From: Nitrososphaerota archaeon
Lineage (GTDB): Archaea; Thermoproteota; Nitrososphaeria_A; Caldarchaeales; Caldarchaeaceae
DNA length: 64,000 bases
Direction: 5' to 3'
NCBI GenBank assembly: GCA_041641305.1
Contig: JBEPYN010000002.1
Location: 638,666-702,665 of the forward strand
In this document: piece by piece, positions 9,429 to 19,446 of the stretch
How the letters are laid out: the number at the start of each line of letters is the position of its first letter
Numbering within the stretch: position 1 is the stretch's first letter
Position numbers and translations under genes: made by a program
Notes under the pieces: generated by a model
What the model was told of the DNA's origin: nothing
Seen by the model: the letters and a program-made list of their open reading frames with translations, nothing else
Databases searched by the model: none

Positions 9429-10496
9429 TTGGCAACTGTTTGGCTGGACATTCTAACGCCTAAGCAGTTCTGGTTTTTTAGAAAGGTTGGGGAGCTTTTC
9501 GCCGCGAGAGGGCACAAGGTTATCGCGACGTCACGCAACTATGAGCAGCTGAGGCCTTTTCTTGAAAACCCCGGGTTCGAGGTCTTCCACGTGGTCGGAG
9601 AGTTTGGTGGCGCGGGGCTGCGGGGCAAGCTGGTGAAGAGTGTTGAGAGGATGCGCGGGCTGCTGGATGTGCTGGAGGATTTTGACTGCGCCGTCTCAAG
9701 CGGCTCACCCGAGGCCGCACGCATAGCCTACGGCCTATCACAGCCCCATGTCCTTGCATCAGACACACCCGAGTCACCTGTCAACCGCCTCGCTGCACCG
9801 GTCTCCAAAAAAATCGCGACACCATGGATAGTGGGGAAACATCCTTGGAAAACCTACGGTGTTAGAGACGGCGACATCAACACATACAGGGCCCTCGACC
9901 CAGTCGCCTGGATAAGAGATCACAAGCCGAGCAAGCAGACGCTCGACGAGCTGGGCCTCATCTCCATGGAATATGTGTTGGTGCGGACGCCGGAGTACAA
10001 GTCCTCCTACCTCATCAGGTCCGGTTACCAGCTTGAGGTGTTCGCGGCTGTTGTTAAACGGGTTGCCGAGAAGCTTAAGCCACGCACCCTCGTGCTGCTT
10101 CCACGCTACGTCGATGAAACACTTTATCTCAAGAACAGGGTTGGTGACATGGCTTTGGTGGTCGAAAAACCTGTGACAGACCTAACCCTCCTAAGCAGCA
10201 GCCTCCTCTTCATCGGAGGCGGCGGAACCATGACACAGGAAGCCGCTCTACTAGGCGTTCCATGCCTATCAATCTACCCAGCCACACCACCGAAGGTGAT
10301 ACGATATCTTGTGTCAAAAGGTTTGGTGGAGAGAGTAAGGGATGTCGAGCATCTTCCGGCGAAGCTTGAGCGTATGATGAGGAACATCGAGAAATTGAGA
10401 GAGGTGTCGGAGAAGAGGGCTGGAAAACTTTTGCGGGGGATGGAGGACCCGGCGCAGAAAGTTGTCTCCACGGTTGAGGCGGCTATGTCCTCATGA
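9429..10496 (+). CDS. DUF354 family GT-B glycosyltransferase-like protein
   Basis: VWLDILTPKQ, SGSPEAARIAYGL, GGGGTMTQEAALLGVP. Confidence 0.75.
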   Translation: MATVWLDILTPKQFWFFRKVGELFAARGHKVIATSRNYEQLRPFLENPGFEVFHVVGEFGGAGLRGKLVKSVERMRGLLDVLEDFDCAVSSGSPEAARIAYGLSQPHVLASDTPESPVNRLAAPVSKKIATPWIVGKHPWKTYGVRDGDINTYRALDPVAWIRDHKPSKQTLDELGLISMEYVLVRTPEYKSSYLIRSGYQLEVFAAVVKRVAEKLKPRTLVLLPRYVDETLYLKNRVGDMALVVEKPVTDLTLLSSSLLFIGGGGTMTQEAALLGVPCLSIYPATPPKVIRYLVSKGLVERVRDVEHLPAKLERMMRNIEKLREVSEKRAGKLLRGMEDPAQKVVSTVEAAMSS

Positions 10497-12021
10497 GCCT
10501 GTCAAAAACCTCGATTACTCTACCAGCCGCTCTCCTAACCTGTCTCAGATACTCGTCGTAAATCTTCTGGTAGACGGTTCTCGTTATTCTGCCTGCTTTA
10601 TAGTCCTCGGCTGAGCGGCCTAGGGCTGATATGATTGACAAAAGTTCTTCAACCGTTTTCTCTATCTGTGGATATGTTTGAGCCATCTCGGATAGTTTCT
10701 TAAGCTCGAGAAGCTCTGTGCGGAGAGACTTGACCGCTTCATCGCTGACCTTGGTTGTCTTAAGCGGCTTGTCCCCGGGCTTGAGCGTCTCCAGCTCCTT
10801 TAGCAGCTTGTCCAAAGCGTTTTCAAGAGATGTCTGAGCCTTCTTCAGCTGCGGAGACACCGTCCTCCTCGGAGCCGCCGTAGTTTTTACCGCGAGGAAA
10901 CCGGCCACAACAATTATCGCGGCCAGCAAAACCGCTGGAACCGGCAGAGTCGAAGCCGGCGAATAAGTGATGGAGACTGTATCACTCCCTGTCAGATACT
11001 TGTTCTGATACATGAACGTGATTTCTCTTCTGTTGTTGTCGAGGACTTTGAGGCTCCAAGGCTCTGTCTCGGCGGATACCTGTGATGCTGGTGGCGTTTT
11101 TAGTGTTACGTAGAGGGTTGTGAAGGATGCGTTAACGATGTTTGGGAACTTGACCTTCACCCTGTCCCCAGCACGTTCCACAACATCTTTAGCAACATAT
11201 GTTATGTCTATCCGTGTTCGCTCGTTTCTACCTATGCTGTAGAGGAATGTGATGTCGAGGGTGCCTGTCTCAGGTGACCAGCTTGTGCCGAGACTGAAGA
11301 TGCCTGACTTGGCTGATACAGGTGTCGCGTCTCTTCCAAGCCGCAGGGATATGGAGTTCATAGACGTGTCCCCGAGGTTTCGCACATACATGGAGATGGA
11401 GACGGTGTTTTGCTCGAGGTCGTAAAGGAAAGTGGCATCCTCCACCGTGTAGCGGAGAAGGTCAGGTGCGTCGAAGGAGATTGAAAGCGTCTTAAACTGT
11501 TTAAGCGGTATGTCTTTCACGACACCTTCCGCAGATGTTTTGTCGCCGGAGATGCTCAGCTCCGCTCCAGAGACAGAGTTTATCGACGGTGTTCCATCCG
11601 CGGAGAAGGTTACAGATATTTCCCTTAAGTCTGTGTCTCTGATCGGGTTGCTGGGCAGTACGAGCAGATACTTTCCTTGACTAATTTCCACGAGCATGTC
11701 CCGCCAGACGGTCACAACCGAAACAGTTCTCCCGCTCCATCCATTTTCGGGAGAAACCTCCAACCACAAAACATCATCCACTCTCTCGACAAACCTGCCC
11801 CGCTCATTTAGCAGATAATATCCTGCGAGGTTTTTCGCCGAGTCAAGCGGATACCCGAGCTTAACCGTCTCAGTCGCCGAGTTCACAGGCACCGTGTCCA
11901 CCACGAAGACCAGACCACCGTCGGCAACATGTATCCGCCTCGAGAAACTATCCTGAGCCGAGACAGATGCAGCGGACAAAACCGTCGCCAGAATCAGCAG
12001 AAAAACCGCGTATCTCTTCAC
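10483..12021 (-). CDS. Type I membrane protein, possibly ribophorin-I-like (signal peptide, beta-rich ectodomain, one TM, helical cytoplasmic domain)
   Basis: N-terminal signal peptide; SRRIHV..GLVFVVDTV start; TM VPAVLLAAIIVVAGFLAV; ~125-aa amphipathic helical C-terminus. Confidence 0.5.
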   Translation of the reverse strand: MKRYAVFLLILATVLSAASVSAQDSFSRRIHVADGGLVFVVDTVPVNSATETVKLGYPLDSAKNLAGYYLLNERGRFVERVDDVLWLEVSPENGWSGRTVSVVTVWRDMLVEISQGKYLLVLPSNPIRDTDLREISVTFSADGTPSINSVSGAELSISGDKTSAEGVVKDIPLKQFKTLSISFDAPDLLRYTVEDATFLYDLEQNTVSISMYVRNLGDTSMNSISLRLGRDATPVSAKSGIFSLGTSWSPETGTLDITFLYSIGRNERTRIDITYVAKDVVERAGDRVKVKFPNIVNASFTTLYVTLKTPPASQVSAETEPWSLKVLDNNRREITFMYQNKYLTGSDTVSITYSPASTLPVPAVLLAAIIVVAGFLAVKTTAAPRRTVSPQLKKAQTSLENALDKLLKELETLKPGDKPLKTTKVSDEAVKSLRTELLELKKLSEMAQTYPQIEKTVEELLSIISALGRSAEDYKAGRITRTVYQKIYDEYLRQVRRAAGRVIEVFDRLMRT

Positions 12022-12070
12022 GACGCCTCAACCACCCACCTAACACTCAGCATTTAAATCAATCTTTAAC

Positions 12071-12175
12071 CGGGCCCGGTGGGACTTGAACCCTGTCGGC
12101 GGGGCACTTCCGTGCCGCTGCTCACGACCTACGGCTTAGGAGGCCGCCGCGCTATCCATTCTGCGCCACGGGCCC
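12071..12175 (-). tRNA. tRNA-Arg(CCT) with 30-nt non-canonical intron at 51/52 (12093-12122)
   Basis: GGGCCCG acceptor, GCGGC-CT-CCT-AA-GCCGT arm. T stem GTG^GG is split by an insert bounded by GTCG-TG|A ... CGAC-AG|G. Confidence 0.92.
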
Positions 12176-12264
12176 GGCGGTGAAAAGTGTTTTGATTGAT
12201 TTTAACCTATTGATGGTGGGGCGGCATAATGGATTAAAGGACGGAGCTGTGCTTGGTGTGTGGA

Positions 12265-12750
12265 ATGTCTGAGGAGGGGTCTGGTTCTCTGGAGGAGTTG
12301 AGGGCGCAGAATAGGGAGTTGGTGGAGCGGCTTTCGTATGCGATGGCCGAGGTGGAGAACATGAGGCGTGTGATGGAGAAGGAGGTTAGGCGGGCTGAGC
12401 AGGCGGCTGCCGAAAGGCTTCTGAGGAAACTGATAACCGTGTATGAGGACTTGGAGAGGGTGGTCAAAGGCCTCGAAACATCGGCTGCTCCTCCAGCTCT
12501 GGCACAGGCTGTCGAGATGGTGTACCGCGAGCTCCAAAACATCCTCGCATCGGAGGGTGTGGAGAAGATGGATGTCGTCGGCAAAGAGTTCAACCCCTTC
12601 GACCACGAGGCCGTCGAATACATCGACTCGGACAACGTCACCGTCGACACCGTGGCCGAGGCCCTGTCCAACGGCTACCGCATGGGAGACAAAATTCTAA
12701 AACCACCTAAAGTCAAGGTCGCGAGGCCCAAGAAGCAAAGCGGCGATTAG
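12265..12750 (+). CDS. grpE: Nucleotide exchange factor GrpE
   Basis: AEVENMRR, FNPFDHEAV, GYRMGDKILKPPKVKV; precedes dnaK. Confidence 0.95.
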   Translation: MSEEGSGSLEELRAQNRELVERLSYAMAEVENMRRVMEKEVRRAEQAAAERLLRKLITVYEDLERVVKGLETSAAPPALAQAVEMVYRELQNILASEGVEKMDVVGKEFNPFDHEAVEYIDSDNVTVDTVAEALSNGYRMGDKILKPPKVKVARPKKQSGD

Positions 12751-12847
12751 ACAGGTTTAGTGCATTTTTCGGGGTTTGTATACCGCATTAGCTTTTAATC
12801 CAAGCCCGACAACCCATCCGTCGGAGCTATAGGAAGGTGACTGATGT

Positions 12848-14623
12848 ATGGCTGAGAAAATTATCGGCATAGACTTGGGTACAAGCAACTCGGCTGCCGC
12901 GGTGGTAATAGGCGGGAGGCCAACAATCATTCCCTCCGTCGAAGGTGTAACACTCTATGGTAAAGCATTCCCATCATATGTCGCCATAACCAAGGAGGGT
13001 GACCTGCTTGTCGGCGAGCCCGCGAGGAGGCAGGCGGTTCTCAACCCAGAGGGGACGGTGACGGCGTGGAAAAGAAAAATGGGCACCGATTATCGTTACA
13101 ACCTGCATGGCAAAGAGTTTACTCCTCAGCAGCTTTCGGCGTTTCTTCTCCAGAAGATTAAGAGGGATGCCGAGGCTTTTCTCGGCGAGCCTGTGAAAAA
13201 AGCCGTCATCACGGTTCCCGCCTACTTCAACGACAACCAGAGACAGGCGACGAAGGATGCCGGCGTGATAGCTGGTCTGGAGGTTGTTAGAATAATCAAC
13301 GAGCCGACCGCCGCTGCTTTGGCCTACGGGCTTAACAAGCTGGACCAGGAGATGAAGATACTCGTCTTCGACCTCGGCGGCGGAACTCTTGACGTAACCA
13401 TCATGGAGTTTGGGCAGGGCGTTTTCGAGGTGTTGGCAACATCAGGGGATACACAGCTGGGTGGAACAGACATGGACAAGGCCCTCGTCGACTACATCGT
13501 GGACACCTACCGCCGAGAAACAGGCATCGACCTCTCAAACGACAGGTCAGCCATGAACAGGATACGTGAAGCCGCTGAAAGAGCCAAGATAGAGCTCTCC
13601 TCGATGACCGAGACAGAGATAAACCTCCCCTACATCGCCTACGACTCCAGCGGGCCCAAAAACCTCTACATGCGAATAAACCGCGCAACACTCGAGCAGC
13701 TCGTAAGACCTATTGTAGAGAGATGCCGTGGCCCAATCATGCAGGCTCTCCAAGACGCCAAGCTCAAGCCCGAGGAAATAGACAAGATAATTCTCGTCGG
13801 AGGCCCTACACGGATGCCCATCATCCAGCAGTTCATCAAAGATGTGCTGGGCAAGGAGCCTGAACGCGGCGTCGACCCGATGGAGTGCGTTGCGATGGGT
13901 GCGGCGATTCAGGCGGCGATAATATCTGGTGAGATGAAGGACAAGGACATAGTTTTATTGGATGTTGTCCCGATTTCGCTCGGCGTTGAGACGCTCGGCG
14001 GAATATTCACCAAAATCATAGAACGGAACACAACCATTCCTGTGCGGAGAAGCGAGATATTCACGACAGCCGCAGACTTTCAGACAAGCGTGGAGATACA
14101 TGTGCTGCAGGGGGAGAGGCCCATGGCCGCTGACAACGTCTCCCTCGGGAGGTTCACGTTATCAGGCATACCGCCGGCGCCGAGAGGCGTGCCCAAGATT
14201 GAGGTGACTTTCGACATCAACGCCGACGGGATACTCACGGTCACCGCCAAGGACCTCGGCACAGGGAAAGACGTCAGCGTCAAGATAACCGCTCCGCATA
14301 GGCTGTCTAAGGAGGAGGTTGAGAAAATGATACGTGAGGCTGAGCAGTTCGCGGAGCAGGATAGGAGGAAGAAGCAGGAGGCGGAGCTGCGGAACGAGGC
14401 CGACGGCCTCATCTACACCGTGGAAAAAGCGTTGAAAGAGTTCGGCGACAAGGTATCCCCCGAGGCCAAGAAAGAGGTTGAAGACGACCTCGCCAAGCTC
14501 AAGGAAACACTCAAGGGCAAAGACATACAGGCAATCAAAACAGCTCTCGAGAAGCTCAGAACCTCTGCACAGAAAATAGGCACAGCCATCTACGGACAGG
14601 GTGAAGGCGAGAAGAAGAGCTAA
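12848..14623 (+). CDS. dnaK: Hsp70 chaperone DnaK
   Basis: [34 protein letters not shown]. Confidence 0.98.
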   Translation: MAEKIIGIDLGTSNSAAAVVIGGRPTIIPSVEGVTLYGKAFPSYVAITKEGDLLVGEPARRQAVLNPEGTVTAWKRKMGTDYRYNLHGKEFTPQQLSAFLLQKIKRDAEAFLGEPVKKAVITVPAYFNDNQRQATKDAGVIAGLEVVRIINEPTAAALAYGLNKLDQEMKILVFDLGGGTLDVTIMEFGQGVFEVLATSGDTQLGGTDMDKALVDYIVDTYRRETGIDLSNDRSAMNRIREAAERAKIELSSMTETEINLPYIAYDSSGPKNLYMRINRATLEQLVRPIVERCRGPIMQALQDAKLKPEEIDKIILVGGPTRMPIIQQFIKDVLGKEPERGVDPMECVAMGAAIQAAIISGEMKDKDIVLLDVVPISLGVETLGGIFTKIIERNTTIPVRRSEIFTTAADFQTSVEIHVLQGERPMAADNVSLGRFTLSGIPPAPRGVPKIEVTFDINADGILTVTAKDLGTGKDVSVKITAPHRLSKEEVEKMIREAEQFAEQDRRKKQEAELRNEADGLIYTVEKALKEFGDKVSPEAKKEVEDDLAKLKETLKGKDIQAIKTALEKLRTSAQKIGTAIYGQGEGEKKS

Positions 14624-14625
14624 TC

Positions 14626-15738
14626 ATGCCCACAAACGACAAAGACTACTACGAGATACTTGGCGTTCCACGCAACGCGACCAAGGAGGAGATTAAACGA
14701 GCCTACCGTAGGCTCGCCCTCCAATATCATCCCGACAGAAACAAGTCACCCGACGCCGAGGAGAAGTTTAAGGAGATAAGCGAAGCCTACGCAGTCCTGA
14801 TGGACGACGAGAAAAGGAGACTATACGACATGTACGGCAAAGCCGGTGTATCGCAGACCTACAGCACCGAGGACATCTTCCGTTCGAGGTGGTTTGACTT
14901 TGAAGAGCTTTTCCGCGACCTCGGGTTCGGCGGGTTTGAAACGCTTTTCGAAAGGCTTTTCGGGTTTGGGAGAAGACGGAGAAGTCCTCAGCCAACGGTC
15001 GTCGACGTGGATGTGTCTCTTGAAGAAGTCTACAGGGGTGGTGTTAGAGAGGTTCCTCTCGAGGTTTATGACACGTGCCAGCGATGCGGTGGAGTGGGAG
15101 GGGAGTTGGGCTATGTTGACAAATGTGATGAATGCGGTGGAACGGGCCAGTCTGTCAAACGTGTTCAAACAGGTTTTCTCTACTTCACATCCGTCCAGCC
15201 ATGCGGTAAATGCAGGGGGACGGGGAGTGTTGTTAGGAAAAGCTGTTCGGCCTGCCGTGGAAGGGGTGTTGTCTCGAGGACTGAGAAGGTGGTTGTCAAC
15301 ATTCCGCCGGGTGTGGTCGACGGCGAAACGATTGTGATGCGTGGACGCGGGCTGTATGACATGGATGCAGGCGCCCGCGGAGACCTCGTCGTCAGGGTGC
15401 GTGTAAAGCCTGGACGCTGGTTCAGGTTCGAGGACAACAGGCTGGTTATGTTTCTGCCCGTGGCGCCGAGCGAGGTCGCTTCACAACGTGAGGTAACCAT
15501 CCCGTTTTTCGACGGCGACATCAAGGTCAGGCTGAGGCGGGAGCTTTTGGACAAGCCTCTTCTGCTACGGGGTAGGGGGCCGCCCGTCGCAGGCGGGAGG
15601 AAAAGCGACCTCGAGGTCAGGCTTGTCCTGAAAATGCCTGACCAGCTCAGCGGCGAAGCCCTCAAACACTACGCCGAGATTTTGCGCCACGAGTCCGAGC
15701 GTATGGACGAGGAGCGGAGACGCTTCTTCTCTCAATAA
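14626..15738 (+). CDS. dnaJ: DnaJ chaperone (type I)
   Basis: J domain with HPD, G/F region, four CxxCxGxG repeats. Confidence 0.95.
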   Translation: MPTNDKDYYEILGVPRNATKEEIKRAYRRLALQYHPDRNKSPDAEEKFKEISEAYAVLMDDEKRRLYDMYGKAGVSQTYSTEDIFRSRWFDFEELFRDLGFGGFETLFERLFGFGRRRRSPQPTVVDVDVSLEEVYRGGVREVPLEVYDTCQRCGGVGGELGYVDKCDECGGTGQSVKRVQTGFLYFTSVQPCGKCRGTGSVVRKSCSACRGRGVVSRTEKVVVNIPPGVVDGETIVMRGRGLYDMDAGARGDLVVRVRVKPGRWFRFEDNRLVMFLPVAPSEVASQREVTIPFFDGDIKVRLRRELLDKPLLLRGRGPPVAGGRKSDLEVRLVLKMPDQLSGEALKHYAEILRHESERMDEERRRFFSQ

Positions 15739-16105
15739 TCTTTGAAACATACATGAGGGGATAGCCCAGCGAAGCCACGTACCTTACCTGAGCCACGGCC
15801 GTTGCCGAGCCGTAGCTAACCACAACGGATGCTGAGATGTCTCTCGGCCCGATAGACCCGTATCCATAGGGCCCGTGTCTCCTCTTTTTTGCGCTCAGCC
15901 TTAGTTTGACGCTTTTTCTGAAGGGCTGGAGGCTGAAGCTTTTCTCAAAGGCTGTTTCGAGGCTATGTTTTGTCTCGGTCGTTACAGGGAGGCCGACAAG
16001 GCTGTGGAAGAGGGCGCCCAACGCGATGCCCGCCTCGAAAACCGCCCTCTCGCGGTCGCTGAACTGTTTCGGGAAAAACCTTCTCCCAGGATCAAGCTCA
16101 GTCAT
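15662..16105 (-). CDS. mptD: Archaeal dihydroneopterin aldolase (MptD-type)
   Basis: [36 protein letters not shown] 16105 chosen. Confidence 0.8.
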   Translation of the reverse strand: MTELDPGRRFFPKQFSDRERAVFEAGIALGALFHSLVGLPVTTETKHSLETAFEKSFSLQPFRKSVKLRLSAKKRRHGPYGYGSIGPRDISASVVVSYGSATAVAQVRYVASLGYPLMYVSKIIERRSVSAPRPYARTRGAKSRRSV

Positions 16106-16165
16106 GATGTGCCAAACCAGAGTGACGGTATAAAACATTAAACGTGGTGCTGGAAAGGTTTCGCC

Positions 16166-16573
16166 GTGGACGAGGTCGAGAGGTTCATCGAGGCTTATGC
16201 CCGTGCGGAGAAGGAGCCGAGCGACGACAACCTGCTCAACCTACTGCATGCTCTCATGCCCTTTTCACCTGCGGGGATAGAGTGGGGCCTCGAGATAGCT
16301 TCGCTCGCGGGCGTCACCTACATGCTCGAGGACGGCAGAGCCATAGCTGTGAAGATTTCACGCGACGAATTCGGCCCCTTCATGCAGACATCGGTTGCAC
16401 AGATCTCGCTCAACACAATCCCGGCCGCGGCCCTCAAAAACATCAAAGACGTAAAAGCATTCGTCAACAGGGTTGCGGAGCATCTCGGGGAATGGGCCAG
16501 ACGCATGCCAGACACAAATCCCGTGAAGAAACGTGTCGAAGCTTTGTTGGAGAGGATGAGACAGCTTGATTGA
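16166..16573 (+). CDS. Hypothetical protein
   Basis: 135-aa ORF with protein-like composition, coupled to the next gene. Confidence 0.7.
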   Translation: MDEVERFIEAYARAEKEPSDDNLLNLLHALMPFSPAGIEWGLEIASLAGVTYMLEDGRAIAVKISRDEFGPFMQTSVAQISLNTIPAAALKNIKDVKAFVNRVAEHLGEWARRMPDTNPVKKRVEALLERMRQLD

Positions 16574-16835
16574 GAAAATTGTTGTGGAAACTGTTGAGGG
16601 AGACAGGCTTTTCAAACTTGTCCGTGGACAGGTCTATGTCCGTGGTGTGGCGGCGCGGTTTGAGGGGGTGGTTTACCAAAGTGTCGGGGGCCCGAACGTC
16701 AGAGCCGTAATAGATTCTGGAGACGCTGAGAAACTGCGTCAACACGGGATCGGGGCTGAGGATGTTGAGAAGATTGAGCTGATGCTTCAGGAGAAAATCT
16801 TGAACGGTGAGGTGGAGATTGGAGAAACAGGCTGA
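16566..16835 (+). CDS. Hypothetical protein
   Basis: 89-aa ORF overlapping both neighbours. Confidence 0.65.
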   Translation: MIEKIVVETVEGDRLFKLVRGQVYVRGVAARFEGVVYQSVGGPNVRAVIDSGDAEKLRQHGIGAEDVEKIELMLQEKILNGEVEIGETG

Positions 16836-17238
16836 GGAAGTTTACCGCGTCGTGGTTGAGGCTATCGAGGCCGGGATAAGAGGCGACGAGGAAGCCTTCA
16901 ACAGTCTTCACAGCCATGGCTACACAAGGTACAGCGACCTCCCACCCTATAGGCTACAGAGCAGAGAGGAGGCCCTCAAGCTCAAACTTAGCCTCCTAAC
17001 CCAGCTCATCGACTTCGAATACAGCCTGGAAAATTTTCAGACATTTTATCACGGGGATGTTGCTGTTGCCTGTTTTCTGATGCGTTACAGGGGCATGGCT
17101 GTTAATGATTATGCTTTTGAGGGCAGGATGGTCGAGGGGTTGGCGAGATGCACGGTTGTATTGGAGAGAAGCGGCAGCGGCTGGCGTATACTGCATGAGC
17201 ATCTTTCACGGGTGCCTGAAGGGTTTTCAGCGGATTAG
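16807..17238 (+). CDS. NTF2/SnoaL-like (DUF4440-type) protein; start may be TTG 16819
   Basis: GDEEAFNSL, GDVAVA, RCTVVLER..GWRILHEHLS. Confidence 0.8.
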   Translation: MRWRLEKQAEEVYRVVVEAIEAGIRGDEEAFNSLHSHGYTRYSDLPPYRLQSREEALKLKLSLLTQLIDFEYSLENFQTFYHGDVAVACFLMRYRGMAVNDYAFEGRMVEGLARCTVVLERSGSGWRILHEHLSRVPEGFSAD

Positions 17239-17670
17239 GGAAACAACTTCAGGCGGGTTCTTCCCAATCTCTATGTATCCCTTCAAAATCCTGGCAAGCT
17301 CGTAGACGTGGCACCGCGTGGCAGGCGGCCCATCCAACCCATAGAAGACACCTTTTCCTTCGACATATGTAAGGTTCTCCTCACCTATTTCGCATCTGTG
17401 GACAAAGGTGTCGCCGTCCCTGAGCTGGAGAACCTCGAAGCAGGGCGGCTCACCATGTCTGCATACAAGTAGAACCCATTTCTTTCCATGGTTAAGGTCG
17501 GGGAGCATGCCCTCCGTCGAGCTCAGCACATCCGGGCCCCGAACACCGACACGCAGCACACCACATCTCCGGCAGCGCCAAGCATCAACAACCTTGAGAA
17601 GCTCGCTCCGATGATAAATGTTCAACGCACCATAGTAGAAATAATCATGAGATTCTGGGCAGCTACTCAT
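17227..17670 (-). CDS. Cys/His-rich hypothetical protein (possible Zn binding)
   Basis: C..H, WRCRRCG, CRH, HRC motifs. Confidence 0.65.
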   Translation of the reverse strand: MSSCPESHDYFYYGALNIYHRSELLKVVDAWRCRRCGVLRVGVRGPDVLSSTEGMLPDLNHGKKWVLLVCRHGEPPCFEVLQLRDGDTFVHRCEIGEENLTYVEGKGVFYGLDGPPATRCHVYELARILKGYIEIGKNPPEVVSLIR

Positions 17671-17686
17671 CCATCATGCACCGTCT

Positions 17687-18346
17687 TCATGTCTCTTTAA
17701 CGAGTATCACGGTCTCCCCGCCATACAATCGTTTGAACGCGTGTGCATCCTGCTCTGACCCGACTATCGCTCCATAATGCATGGGGATGACGACCTTGGC
17801 TTGCATGGATTTGGCGGCCTCAGCTGCCTCCGCAGCGGTCATGACATAGGTTCCGCTCACAGGTAAGAGGGCGACATCCACGCTGAGGCCCTTCATCTCG
17901 GGGATGAAGTCTGTGTCGCCCGCGTGGTAGATGGAGACTCCGCCGAGGGTGAGAACATAGCCCACGCCGCCATACTCTCTCGGGTGAAAAACTTTCCCCG
18001 GCTCGCGGAACTTGTTCACGTTGTAGGCGTGCACAGCCTTCACCTTCGCCTCTCCGACGGAAACCTCGTCACCTGGAGCCACATACTTAACCTCGGCAAC
18101 ACTCAGTTTGCCAATTTTGTTTTGACAGTTTTTCGCGGCGACAATCGTTGTTTTGCTCGAAACAATTTTCTTGAGGTCGTCGACGCTCAGGTGGTCGAAA
18201 TGATCATGAGATATGAGGACAAGATCTCCGGCAGGTCCTCCCCTTATCTGATACGGGTCTATATACACCACAAAGTTTCCACGCGTAATCCTGAAACCGT
18301 CGTGTCCAAGCCAAGTAATCTCAACATCCCGAACACGGTAACCCAT
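17687..18346 (-). CDS. MBL-fold metallo-hydrolase (UPF0173-like)
   Basis: WLGHDGF, IDPY, SHDHFDH, YHAGDT, IPMHYG. Confidence 0.9.
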   Translation of the reverse strand: MGYRVRDVEITWLGHDGFRITRGNFVVYIDPYQIRGGPAGDLVLISHDHFDHLSVDDLKKIVSSKTTIVAAKNCQNKIGKLSVAEVKYVAPGDEVSVGEAKVKAVHAYNVNKFREPGKVFHPREYGGVGYVLTLGGVSIYHAGDTDFIPEMKGLSVDVALLPVSGTYVMTAAEAAEAAKSMQAKVVIPMHYGAIVGSEQDAHAFKRLYGGETVILVKET

Positions 18347-18348
18347 GG

Positions 18349-18657
18349 CTACAGATTTTTCACCCGCGTCTTTATACTTTTTCCGCCGAAAAGGCCCTTG
18401 ACCACCTTCACGCCAAGAGCCCGCAGCTCTTTCTTAAGCTCGTCACGGCCCATGAACAGGAGGTTGAACTCGCTAAACATGCGGGAGAACCTGACATCCG
18501 CATTCTCACCTGAAACAGAGACGGTGCAAACCTCCTTCAGCTCACAATAGCCGCTCCTACAACGCAGCCTAACCAATCCACCAAGTTCATCAGCCACCTT
18601 AAGGTCCTCCAACCCCTCAACAGCAGCTCCACAAACACACCGCAGCAAATCCGACAA
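18349..18657 (-). CDS. Hypothetical protein with CxC/CxxxxC motifs
   Basis: 102-aa ORF ending 2 nt before the MBL gene start. Confidence 0.6.
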   Translation of the reverse strand: MSDLLRCVCGAAVEGLEDLKVADELGGLVRLRCRSGYCELKEVCTVSVSGENADVRFSRMFSEFNLLFMGRDELKKELRALGVKVVKGLFGGKSIKTRVKNL

Positions 18658-18690
18658 GATAAATAAGAGATAGCCAGTATTTTACGCAGC

Positions 18691-19425
18691 ATGATAGACG
18701 TCCACTGCCACCTCACCGAGGAACCCCTCCTATCAAACCTCGACAAGGTCATAGAAGAGGCGAGGCAATCGTCTGTGAAGGCGATAATCACCTCAGGTAT
18801 AGGCCCCGCGGATTGTGAGAAAGTGTTGAGCATAGTTGACGGTGTCTATGTTTATGGCAGCCTCGGCATCGAGCCCTACTCCCTCGAGGGATATGAGCAG
18901 GTGATTGAACTGATCATGAGGAACAGGAAACGGGTTGTGGCCGTCGGCGAGGTTGGGTTGGACTACTACTGGGGCAAGAGGGAGACAAGGGAGATGCAGG
19001 CAAAAGTTTTCAGGGATTTCATCGAGCTTGCGAAGAGCCTCGACCTTCCGCTGGTAATTCACTCGAGAAGCGCGGGAAAATATGCTCTCGACATCCTCTT
19101 CGAAGCTGGTGCTGAGAGGGTTGTGATGCATGCTTTCGACGGCTCTGCAGGCGAGGCAGCCCGAGGCGCGGCGAAAGGCTACTTCTTCTCTGTTCCCCCA
19201 TCTGTTGTAAGGTCTGAGCAGAAGCAGAAGATGGTTAAGCGACTGAGGCTGGAAAACCTTCTACTGGAGAGCGACGCCCCCGTCCTCGGCCCCGAGAGAG
19301 GCGTGGTAAACAAGCCCTCAAACATCGTAATCTCCGCCAAAGCCATCGCATCGCTCAAAAACATACCACTCGTGGAAGTCGTTGAGGAGACAACAGAAAA
19401 CGCTAAAAACATATTCAGGATATAG
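18691..19425 (+). CDS. tatD: TatD family DNase
   Basis: IDVHCH, VGEVGLDY, IHSR, HAF, LLESDAP. Confidence 0.92.
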   Translation: MIDVHCHLTEEPLLSNLDKVIEEARQSSVKAIITSGIGPADCEKVLSIVDGVYVYGSLGIEPYSLEGYEQVIELIMRNRKRVVAVGEVGLDYYWGKRETREMQAKVFRDFIELAKSLDLPLVIHSRSAGKYALDILFEAGAERVVMHAFDGSAGEAARGAAKGYFFSVPPSVVRSEQKQKMVKRLRLENLLLESDAPVLGPERGVVNKPSNIVISAKAIASLKNIPLVEVVEETTENAKNIFRI

Positions 19426-19446
19426 AGGCCGAATGACGGTGAAGAT

